Shown: positions 28,011 to 35,582, counted from the first letter of the stretch. The stretch: DNA of 64,000 bases from Bdellovibrionaceae bacterium UBA6776 (GCA_002453155.1 DKGG01000039.1:67714-131713); one strand, 5' to 3'. Numbers and translations: made by a program. The notes: generated by a model from the sequence alone, not told the origin.

Positions 28011-29347
28011 GAATTGTTCTCTCCATTCTTCTTTTAACAGGATCATTGTCGGCGTTCGGGCAAGCGGCTCCGGGTGCCACAGAGGTCGCTCCTGGAAGTG
28101 GCGGCAACCCTCAGCTTCAACAAGAGTTGCAAGCCGACTTGGATCAATGCGGAAACCAAAAAAAGCAGGCAGAGCTGTGTTGTGGAGATCCCATGCAGTG
28201 TGCCTCGGGTATGAGTGAAGAAAGCCAACAGCAGCTTTCTCAATTGATGGCCATGGGTGCGATGGGAGCTGCGGCCTATTTGAGTCAAAAAAAATCCGAT
28301 GGAGAAGGCGGAGATGACAACTCTGCCATGGCGGCAAGTTTACCGATGATTTGCCAAATGATGAGTGCCATGGGAAGTGCAGGAGCCGGTGCAAATGCGG
28401 GCGCTGCAGAAGTTTGTGATAAAGAGAGAAGCACTTGTGATTCCATGTGTGGAGAGATTGCGCAAAAGTGGAAGCAAAAACAAACCGAATGTCAGGCGTC
28501 GTCTTGCGCGGATGGTGAGTTGTTAAGTCAGGCGGTCACTCAATTTGATTCCACCATTTCAGAGTGTAAAAATCTGCAAGCCAATTCGGAAAGCATGAAC
28601 AAACAAGGAAAAGAATCGCAGCAAGCCGGTGGAGCCGGTGATTTTTGCAATCAGTTGGCCTCCATGATGACTGCGTCCAAGAAAGAGCCCACTCAGCCAC
28701 AGATTGATTGTAACGATCCGGTTCAGTTTCAAGCCAACCTTCAAATGTGTGTGGATTGCCAAAAGAATCCCGAAGACATCAATTGCGGAAAGGTTGCCGC
28801 GGTGAAAGGACCTAAAGCAGGGTTTGATGAAGGCAAGGTTACGGATTTGTCTTCGTTCAATACGGGATCGATTGATGGTTTGGATCAAAACGCAAAGTAC
28901 GGAGGGTTTGAACCCGTGGCCAGTCAATCGGGGACGGTCAGCGGAAGCGGCGGTGGAATTCCTGGTGGCGGAAATGATGGAAACTTTGGAGATCCAGCGC
29001 CGGCAAATGCAGGTGAGCGATCTGGCATCAATACGGACATTTTAAGTGGAGAGCGTGGAGGCGGTGGCTACTCTGCGGCCAGTGCAGGAATGGATGTGGA
29101 TCCAAGTGCCGGATTTTCTGGTTATGGTGGGGGAAGCGGAAGCAATGATGATGTGTCTGGATATAAGGGGATGGACTTGAAGAAGTTTCTTCCCGGTGGA
29201 GCTTTGGACCCATCTCGTCGTCTAGCGGGAGCACTTGTGAGCAGTGGTCAAATCAATCCAAAGAATCAAAATATTTTTGAACGCATTTCTTCGCGAATGA
29301 AAATGGTTTGCGGAACAAAGCGCTTGAAAGACTGCGGGGGTAAGTAG
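28007..29347 (+). CDS. Secreted Cys-rich, Gly-rich protein
   Basis: ATGA start/stop overlap with the upstream ORF. Signal peptide MRIVLSILLLTGSLSAFGQA, about 20 Cys, Met/Ala-rich segments and a Gly-rich C-terminal half. Confidence 0.55.
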   Translation: MRIVLSILLLTGSLSAFGQAAPGATEVAPGSGGNPQLQQELQADLDQCGNQKKQAELCCGDPMQCASGMSEESQQQLSQLMAMGAMGAAAYLSQKKSDGEGGDDNSAMAASLPMICQMMSAMGSAGAGANAGAAEVCDKERSTCDSMCGEIAQKWKQKQTECQASSCADGELLSQAVTQFDSTISECKNLQANSESMNKQGKESQQAGGAGDFCNQLASMMTASKKEPTQPQIDCNDPVQFQANLQMCVDCQKNPEDINCGKVAAVKGPKAGFDEGKVTDLSSFNTGSIDGLDQNAKYGGFEPVASQSGTVSGSGGGIPGGGNDGNFGDPAPANAGERSGINTDILSGERGGGGYSAASAGMDVDPSAGFSGYGGGSGSNDDVSGYKGMDLKKFLPGGALDPSRRLAGALVSSGQINPKNQNIFERISSRMKMVCGTKRLKDCGGK

Positions 29348-29377
29348 TTCAGCTTCGGCCATCATGGGCTTTCTTCG

Positions 29378-29700
29378 CATTTCTCCCTCGGACGATTCAC
29401 ATCCAGGCTTTTTGAATCTCTTTCTCAGAATCTCAAAGTTCATTGAACCTGACACACCCTTCCGTGGGTTCTTCTACATGTACAGCAAACTTTTCAAATT
29501 CAATTATTTCCTCGAGGAAGCACGCCCATCCATGGGCTCACAAGTCTTTGCCCTCCGGGCAAATCACTTCCTGTTTCCTTGAGGTTTACTCGAGGAAGCA
29601 ATTGAACCCGAAAAGTTACTTTACCGAAGAACCGCTATCCTTTGTGGAGGTTGTGGTGGGCGCAAAGAACCTGAAGATTGTTCCTTCTTTGATCGCCGCT
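29378..29700. repeat. Left inverted-repeat arm (contains a 67-nt insertion)
   Basis: Manual reverse-complement alignment to 30846-31093. Mismatches are sparse in the inner ~200 nt and more frequent toward the outer end. Confidence 0.7.
29512..29578. mobile_element. MITE/REP-like 67-nt insertion flanked by a TTTCC direct repeat
   Basis: It is present in the left arm but absent from the otherwise colinear right arm. It contains the palindromic core GCCCATCCATGGGC and the hairpin TTTGCCC-TCC-GGGCAAA. A related copy lies at 35783-35833. Confidence 0.55.
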
Positions 29701-29843
29701 CGATCACTAAAAACGATAATGTTCGAATTAGGTTCGGAATATCCGGGCACTGAATCCCCAAGTTGGATGACGCAAGTCTTCTTAGACACTAATAAACATT
29801 GCGTCTTAAATTTTAAATACTGAATGCGGCAAGGATGTTTCAA
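29635..29843 (-). pseudogene. Possible decayed HNH gene remnant (or the mirror image of the right-arm ORF end)
   Basis: The minus strand encodes ..SGDQRRNNLQVLCAHHNLHKG-stop, nearly identical to the intact HNH C-terminus. Upstream of it, FEHYRF-stop-stop-SSGDQ aligns with LDHISPVRRGGDQ but is broken by stops and a frameshift. Confidence 0.35.
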
Positions 29844-29896
29844 GCTTCACGAAACAAGAACGCACTTTGGTCTTTTTTTTATTTATGAAATATATT

Positions 29897-29925
29897 TTGA
29901 CAGGGGTTTTGTGTCGAAATTTATT
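29897..29925 (+). promoter_or_regulatory. Candidate sigma-70 promoter in the AT-rich leader of the HNH gene
   Basis: TTGACA, then 17 nt, then TTTATT, about 190 nt upstream of the ATG. This is a pattern match only. Confidence 0.2.
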
Positions 29926-30115
29926 TTTTAAACTCTCCACAAGATCTTTCTGAGCCATTGTCTAAAGTCACAGAGGCTTTGACCTAGGGAGCTTTAGAAA
30001 AAGACAACAAGGATGCTGTTGAAATTTTTAAATGTGCAAAGATCAAATTTTACGACTTAAAATTCACAAAATAAAACCCGTCATATTGTTCTCTCAACTT
30101 TAGAGGGAGAAAATC

Positions 30116-30910
30116 ATGGAACTTCACAAAGAGTTGCTTGCACTAAGGCTTAAAGAAAAACGAATCACTTCAGAAATTTTAACCAAACTTCAAGAGATGG
30201 AAGATTCTAGGGATTATCTTAGAATGGGGTATTCATCTTTGTTCGATTATTTGGTGAGAGGTCTCAATTATTCTGAGTCCTCAGCCTACCAAAGACAGTC
30301 TTGCGTTCGACTTTCTCGGGAACTTCCCGAAATTAAAAATAAAATCGATCAAGGAGTTCTTACGCTATCCACAGTGGCCACAGCCTTTAAGCACATTCGT
30401 AAGAAACTTGTTGAAGAAAAGCGTCAAATTTTAAAGTCATTAGAGGAAAAGTCGGCTCGTGAAGCGAAGAAGATGTTTTTAGAACCTATGCCCGCCATTA
30501 AAATCAAAAAGACGGAGCATGCAGATAAAGTACTTTTGAGATTGGAACTGACCCACGAACAAAACCAAAAATTAGAAAAACTAAAGGCGCTGAAGTCACA
30601 CAAGTACAACATCGAAAGTCTTCTAATACATCTGATAGAAAAGGAACTTAAATCTTTCGAAAGTGTTCAGATGAAATCTTCTAAATCCAAGGAAGACTTT
30701 AACGAGCCAAGATCAAAAAATCCTCGTCAAATTTCCAAGCGCCTAAGAAATGACGTGTTGAAGACCGCAAACTACAAATGTCAATTTCCCGGGTGTGAGT
30801 CTGACCACTTTCTTCAATTGGATCATATTTCTCCCGTTCGCCGAGGCGGCGATCAAAGAAGGAACAATCTTCAAGTGCTTTGCGCCAACCACAACCTCCA
30901 CAAAGGATAG
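30116..30910 (+). CDS. HNH endonuclease with a DUF222-like N-terminal helical domain
   Basis: GGGAGA RBS. The C-terminal CQFPGCESDHFLQLDHISPVRRGGDQRRNNLQVLCANHNLHKG is an HNH motif. The N-terminal GYSSLFDYLVRGLNYSESSAYQR..LSRELPEI..G.LTLS is DUF222-like. Confidence 0.85.
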   Translation: MELHKELLALRLKEKRITSEILTKLQEMEDSRDYLRMGYSSLFDYLVRGLNYSESSAYQRQSCVRLSRELPEIKNKIDQGVLTLSTVATAFKHIRKKLVEEKRQILKSLEEKSAREAKKMFLEPMPAIKIKKTEHADKVLLRLELTHEQNQKLEKLKALKSHKYNIESLLIHLIEKELKSFESVQMKSSKSKEDFNEPRSKNPRQISKRLRNDVLKTANYKCQFPGCESDHFLQLDHISPVRRGGDQRRNNLQVLCANHNLHKG

Positions 30911-31093
30911 CGGTTCTTCGGTAAAGTAACTTTTCGGGTTCAATTACTTCCTCGAGTAAACCTCAAGGAAATAATTGAATCTGAAAAGTTTGCTGTACAT
31001 GTAGAAGAACCCACGAAAGAGTGTGTCGGGCTCAATGAGCTTTGAGATTCTGGAAAAAATATTCAAGAAGCCTGGATATGAATTTCCTCAGAA
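30846..31093. repeat. Right inverted-repeat arm, overlapping the last 65 nt of the HNH ORF
   Basis: Reverse complement of the left arm. It ends 4 nt before the stop codon of the convergent murU-like gene. Confidence 0.7.
30912..31011 (+). other. Extended ~100-nt imperfect hairpin immediately 3' of the HNH stop codon (candidate structured RNA or DNA recombination site)
   Basis: Nested stems: GGTTCTTC/GAAGAACC, CTTTTCGGGTTCAATTA/TAATTGAATCTGAAAAG (with two G-U pairs in the sense orientation) and TTCCTCGAG/CTCAAGGAA. Confidence 0.45.
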
Positions 31094-31096
31094 AGG

Positions 31097-32146
31097 CTAC
31101 AGGCCTTCGATATCTTTCAACTGGCCATCAGAAGTCAGAACCTTCTTTATTGCACCCATGTAGAATCCAGAAATGGAATCTGGCAAAGGGTGTTTCCAAC
31201 GGTAAAAAGTGCTAGGAGCTTGAACGTCAATAAATCGAATCTCATCGGACTGTGCCGGTTGAGGTCCAGGAGAAATCAAACACATATGGTGTTGAGGATT
31301 GGTAAATCGCAATCGATCCAATTTTTCATAGCGGAAAATATCATTCCGTTGATAATTTCTCCAACCGGGCTGGAATCGATCCATGATATCGACCAAGTTC
31401 CATTGGGACTGATGATCTTTCAGAACTCGCATCAAATCTAACTGTGCCTGAGCCAGATCTTTCAAATTTCCGGTCTCATAAAAACGCACATCTTTAGATT
31501 TAAAGATCTGAATCCATTCCTTCTTTTGCAGAGCCTCTGCAAACACATCCAAAAAAATATTTTGCGAATGGGAATGAATATAGGAATAGATGTCCGGAGA
31601 GCAAATCATCACAGAGGCATAGTGCAGACACAGGGCATTTTCAGAGGGTGCGGATGTGCCAACACCCAAAAATCTTCCAGACTCCGAATGCCAGACTCCT
31701 GAAAAATCCTTCCCAGCTCCAGGATGAGGAATGCACAACACCGTTGCAAGAGCTTTGCGCTCGTTGTGAAACAAAAGCATCTCCTCAAGGACTTGAGGAT
31801 TTTTTGTCAAAATCACCCCATCGCCATTTGCAATCACAAAAGGTTCTCTAGAATTCAACGCATCCATCTTGAAATGATTCAAGGGAAGGGCACTTCCCAA
31901 AAGTGTTTCTTCATGATGAACATGAAAACGATAGTTGGGATGAAGGTGTCGTTTGAAACTCTTCACAACCGTGTCTGGCAAATGGTGGGTGTTGATGTGA
32001 AGATCTGTCAGATTCAGACTTTCCAAAAGCTGCAAAGGGTATCCCCACATGGGAACGTTCAGCACGGGAACAGCAGGCTTGGCGATATCATGGGTCAAGG
32101 GTTGAAGTCGTCGACCTTCACCCGCACACAGAATTAAGGCTCGCAT
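31097..32146 (-). CDS. murU: Sugar-1-phosphate nucleotidyltransferase, MurU-like, with a C-terminal extension
   Basis: N-terminal ALILCAGEGRRLQPLTHDIAKPAVPV nucleotidyltransferase motif. It is adjacent to, and overlaps by 13 nt, an AmgK-like kinase gene. The MurNAc-1-P specificity is inferred from that pairing only. Confidence 0.65.
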   Translation of the reverse strand: MRALILCAGEGRRLQPLTHDIAKPAVPVLNVPMWGYPLQLLESLNLTDLHINTHHLPDTVVKSFKRHLHPNYRFHVHHEETLLGSALPLNHFKMDALNSREPFVIANGDGVILTKNPQVLEEMLLFHNERKALATVLCIPHPGAGKDFSGVWHSESGRFLGVGTSAPSENALCLHYASVMICSPDIYSYIHSHSQNIFLDVFAEALQKKEWIQIFKSKDVRFYETGNLKDLAQAQLDLMRVLKDHQSQWNLVDIMDRFQPGWRNYQRNDIFRYEKLDRLRFTNPQHHMCLISPGPQPAQSDEIRFIDVQAPSTFYRWKHPLPDSISGFYMGAIKKVLTSDGQLKDIEGL

Positions 32147-33165
32147 AGGTCGTCAAAGCACCTTTCCAAAAGACCCTCGTCGGTGGTCAATTGAGTCAAT
32201 GGTTTTAACCAAGACACTCGAGAGGCTTCTCCAAAAACAGTGTGAAGGGTGGGCGCAATGTATTTTAAATAGCGAGTGTCTTTTCGAGTTTGATAAAAGC
32301 TTGCGAAACTTCCACAGGCTTTAAAGCAGCGTTGAACAATTTGAAGGGACATGATCTCTGAAAAATGATCCGTGCTACACAGATCTTGTTCGGTCTTTGG
32401 AAGACGGCCAATGTACTCATCCAAAAGAAGACTTCGAATGCTGTCATCCAAATCTACATAGGAATCATAGAGCAAGGAAACCAAATCATATTGACGTGGA
32501 CCCAGGCGAGCATCTTGAAAATCAATCACATAGGTTTTTCCAAGTTTCAGCATTACATTTCGCGAGTGATAATCTCTGTGACAGACCACCTTTGGCTCTT
32601 TAGCTAAAATATCGGCGAGTTTTGAAAAGCAGGCGTCAAGTTCCTTGGCGAAGGATGCGGGCAATTTGACCTCGCACAAGCCTTCGACCAAATGGGTTTT
32701 TGCATAGTTCAATTCCCACAGAAATTTTTCATGATCAAAAGCAACTTTTTGACATACGGGCTTGGGATCCACGGCTTTTGAAGCTGTGGTGTGAATCAGG
32801 GCCAACTGCTCGATGGTCTTCTTGTAAAAGGGAAGTACCAAAGACTGATCTTGGTTTTCCCAAAATTTTCTCTCCAAGGTCAAATCGCCAAGATCCTCAA
32901 GAAGGATTAAACCTTTTGAGCCATCACAGGCTTTGACCTCTGGAACTAAAATTCCAGATTTTTTAAAGTGATTGAGGATGTTCAAAAAGGGATATTCGCC
33001 TTTTTCATCAAAGGGGTCCCAAGCCATTAACGCCCAGGTTTCATCATCCATTACAATACGATAGTACTTTCGAGTGCTGGCATCACCGGCCAATCGAAAA
33101 GATTCAAAATTTGAAGAGCCTAAAGTTTGAGTGAGAAAATCCTTCTCTGCTTGATTCAATTCCAT
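32134..33165 (-). CDS. amgK: Aminoglycoside-phosphotransferase-fold kinase, AmgK-like (anomeric MurNAc/GlcNAc kinase)
   Basis: HRDYHSRNVM catalytic loop and IDFQDA motif. The pairing with a nucleotidyltransferase gene matches the amgK-murU peptidoglycan-recycling pair. Confidence 0.65.
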   Translation of the reverse strand: MELNQAEKDFLTQTLGSSNFESFRLAGDASTRKYYRIVMDDETWALMAWDPFDEKGEYPFLNILNHFKKSGILVPEVKACDGSKGLILLEDLGDLTLERKFWENQDQSLVLPFYKKTIEQLALIHTTASKAVDPKPVCQKVAFDHEKFLWELNYAKTHLVEGLCEVKLPASFAKELDACFSKLADILAKEPKVVCHRDYHSRNVMLKLGKTYVIDFQDARLGPRQYDLVSLLYDSYVDLDDSIRSLLLDEYIGRLPKTEQDLCSTDHFSEIMSLQIVQRCFKACGSFASFYQTRKDTRYLKYIAPTLHTVFGEASRVSWLKPLTQLTTDEGLLERCFDDLCEP

Positions 33166-33183
33166 GAATCAATGCTTACAAAT

Positions 33184-33846
33184 TTAGACCAGGCTTTCAA
33201 GAAAGAGTTTAAAGAAGCCCATTTTAAGATATTCGCTCAAAGGCCTTTGCATTCTGAAATGTGCTTGGGAAAGTCTCTCAAGAAATTCTCCGTTGATCTC
33301 TTTAAGATGCTTCAGGTCCTGAAGAGTAGACCTTGTGGATCCCACAATAAGAGGCCCATCTTCACTTTGAAGGCTCATGTCCAGAAGACTTTGTTGTCCC
33401 TCATTAAGACTCTGAATTTCCGGCAAGAAAAGGGTGCAACTGTCCAATCCACTGACGTTTCCGTTCCAGTTTTTACCTAAAGAATCCGAATCGACAAAAA
33501 TGTGATTTTGGCTTCTCGTATGAATTTCAAACGCCAGCTTCCTACGCTCCTCAAAACTCTGTCCTTCAATCAAACAGGGAGTCTTGATGCAAAATCTGCG
33601 ATCAAAAACCTTCATCTTGGAGGGAGAAGGTGACTTAAAGGGGCGAGGCTTAAAAGGAATCAAATTCCCATTGGGATCCAAGGCCTGGCTTAAAAAGGAT
33701 TCGTGCTTTAAGAGAGATTCAATCTCTAAAGTTTGAGATTCAAGGGCCTGAATCAGCAATTTTAAATCCTGATCGCGGCCTTTTGAATTTTGAACATTAC
33801 TGCATAGACGAAGAGCTTTTGCTCTTCTCACCAACTCCGTACTCAT
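33184..33846 (-). CDS. Degenerate sigma-54-activator (AAA+) relic protein, predicted ATPase-dead
   Basis: LIEGQSFEERRKLAFEIHTRS aligns with VLI.GESGTGKE..ARAIH..S, so Walker A is lost. TLFLPEI aligns with TLFLDEI, so Walker B Asp is lost. The GAFTGA region is deleted. PLIVGSTRSTLQDL..G.F.E.L..RL is retained. There is no HTH. Confidence 0.5.
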   Translation of the reverse strand: MSTELVRRAKALRLCSNVQNSKGRDQDLKLLIQALESQTLEIESLLKHESFLSQALDPNGNLIPFKPRPFKSPSPSKMKVFDRRFCIKTPCLIEGQSFEERRKLAFEIHTRSQNHIFVDSDSLGKNWNGNVSGLDSCTLFLPEIQSLNEGQQSLLDMSLQSEDGPLIVGSTRSTLQDLKHLKEINGEFLERLSQAHFRMQRPLSEYLKMGFFKLFLESLV

Positions 33847-33885
33847 GATGCTCCGTCGATTCTAATTTTGTATAGCTCTTAGCAC

Positions 33886-33902
33886 TTCAAAGTCTGTGCC
33901 GG
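33886..33902 (-). promoter_or_regulatory. Candidate sigma-54-like promoter upstream of the degenerate activator gene
   Basis: The minus strand reads CCGGCAC-AGACT-TTGAA, the same format as 21093-21109. It lies about 40 nt upstream of the ATG at 33846 and downstream of the activator terminator. Confidence 0.35.
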
Positions 33903-33944
33903 GAACTGGAAGCTCTGAGGGGCGCGCTAAGATATTGAAATCAT

Positions 33945-33975
33945 TGAAAAAGCCCACCTTTTCGGGGTGGGCTTT
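33945..33975 (-). terminator. Rho-independent terminator of the sigma-54 activator gene
   Basis: Stem AGCCCACC / GGTGGGCT with a 7-nt loop, followed on the minus strand by TTTTT. Confidence 0.7.
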
Positions 33976-34019
33976 CGAAGATCTAAAAAGCGAATATTCT
34001 GATCAGTTCTGAAATAATT

Positions 34020-35582
34020 TTACTTCGTCATACGGCGCTTATCGAGCCCGTACTTTTCAACTTTCATAATTAGACCAGCACGGCTGATTCCAAGTTCTTT
34101 GGCAAGCTTGGATTTGTTCCATCCGGTTCGGCGCAAACCTTCTTTGATCATTTCACGCTCAAGGTCTTCCAAAGCATCTTTCAATTTGCCATGAACACGA
34201 GCTCCTTGAACCTTAGAGGACTGGCTGCCTTCAATAATCTTTGGAGAAAGCATTTCAGCCATGATCTTGGTTTCCATTCCAGAAAGTACGATCAATCGCT
34301 CCATTTCGTTTTGAAGCTCTCGAACGTTTCCAGGCCATTGGTAATCATAGAGTTTTTCAAGTGCATGCTTGGTGAGTGTGCGCTTTTCTGCGTCGTCACC
34401 CAATTGGGCCTTCAATGCCTTCGCAAGAAAGAATTCCGCCAAGAGAGGAATGTCTTCTTTGCGCTCGCGAAGAGGGGGCACAGAAATATTGATCACGTTC
34501 AGGCGGTAGTACAAATCTTCTCGAAATGTTCCTTCTTCGACCATTTCTTTTAGGTTCTTGTTGGTCGCCGCGATGATGCGAACATCCACTCGCTTTGCAT
34601 CGACCGCACCTACGGGAATAAAAGTTCCTTCCTGAAGCACGCGAAGGAGTTTAACTTGCATGGTGGGCGAAGTGTCTCCAATCTCATCCAAGAAGAAGGT
34701 TCCTTTGTCGGCCATTTCAAAAAGACCTTTTTTATCTCGAACCGCACCGGTAAAGGATCCTTTAACGTGACCAAACAGTTCGGACTCGAGCAAGTTGTCA
34801 TTAAATGCCGAACAGTTCTGAATGATAAAGGCCCGGTCTTTTCGGGCAGAATTGTAGTGAATGGCTTTCGCAATCAATTCTTTACCAGTTCCGTTTTCAC
34901 CTTGAATCAGAACCGTTGAATCCGCTCCGCGAATTTTGTCCAAAAGGGAATACAAGGTTTGCATGGGTTTTGATTTTCCAATCATGCTGTCATATTTATA
35001 ACGGCTGCCCAATTCCTTGTTCAGTTCTTTAATGCGATCTTCACGGGTGGTGATTTCAAGGTGGAGAGTCACAACTTCTTGTGCAACAAGATCTACCAAT
35101 TCCACAAAATGCTCTCGGTCTTGATCATCAATAAAAGAGATTTTAGAAATGGCTTTATCGATGGTGTCTCCAGAGGCACCAAAGATGGCCAAACGTTCGC
35201 GAATTTCGGAAATGCGGCCCGTTTGATTGCGGTCTTTTAAAAATCCCATGGCCACAACTGTACCCATGAAGTCGTTTTCAATAATGATAGGTACAACTGC
35301 AATGTCGAAACCAGCCGTGTCCCATTTTCGAATGGAGTAACGGTGTTCACTGCTTCGAATGTCTTCCACAGCTTTGTTTACAGCTTCCGAAAAACTTTCC
35401 AGTGAAGTTTCCTTTGAGAGAAAGGTTTTTACAGCGGGGTTGCTGATTTTAGAGACATCAGGAACGCCTCGAAGTCGTCCTTTATCATCCGTAAAAACAA
35501 CATCAATGCTCCACCACGAACCCAAAATTTGTTTGAGCTTGCGAATCACATGTATGTGTTCAAATTCATCCCAATTGATCAT
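34020..35582 (-). CDS. Sigma-54-dependent transcriptional activator (bEBP) with an N-terminal sensory domain
   Basis: GENGTGKELIAKAIH Walker A, GSFTGA (a GAFTGA variant), TFFLDEIGD Walker B, RIIAATN, YYRLNV, and a C-terminal Fis-type HTH (KSKLAKELGISRAGL). Confidence 0.9.
   Translation of the reverse strand: MINWDEFEHIHVIRKLKQILGSWWSIDVVFTDDKGRLRGVPDVSKISNPAVKTFLSKETSLESFSEAVNKAVEDIRSSEHRYSIRKWDTAGFDIAVVPIIIENDFMGTVVAMGFLKDRNQTGRISEIRERLAIFGASGDTIDKAISKISFIDDQDREHFVELVDLVAQEVVTLHLEITTREDRIKELNKELGSRYKYDSMIGKSKPMQTLYSLLDKIRGADSTVLIQGENGTGKELIAKAIHYNSARKDRAFIIQNCSAFNDNLLESELFGHVKGSFTGAVRDKKGLFEMADKGTFFLDEIGDTSPTMQVKLLRVLQEGTFIPVGAVDAKRVDVRIIAATNKNLKEMVEEGTFREDLYYRLNVINISVPPLRERKEDIPLLAEFFLAKALKAQLGDDAEKRTLTKHALEKLYDYQWPGNVRELQNEMERLIVLSGMETKIMAEMLSPKIIEGSQSSKVQGARVHGKLKDALEDLEREMIKEGLRRTGWNKSKLAKELGISRAGLIMKVEKYGLDKRRMTK

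Larger units (their letters stand above)
29378..31093. mobile_element. Inverted-repeat-bounded cassette carrying an HNH nuclease gene (possible IS-like or REP13E12-like element, or a local inverted duplication)
   Basis: The arms at about 29378-29700 and about 30846-31093 are reverse complements. The unit fills the gap between two convergent stop codons (29347 and 31097). Confidence 0.45.

Noticed and set aside
29443-29823. The 126-aa plus-strand ORF, and its mirror 66-aa minus-strand ORF at 30743-30943, share the peptide NPKSYFTEEPLSFVEVVVGAK.LKIVPSLIAA.
   Set aside because: Both run antisense to HNH-coding or HNH-derived sequence. Their similarity is an automatic consequence of the inverted repeat. 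They have no RBS or independent coding signal.
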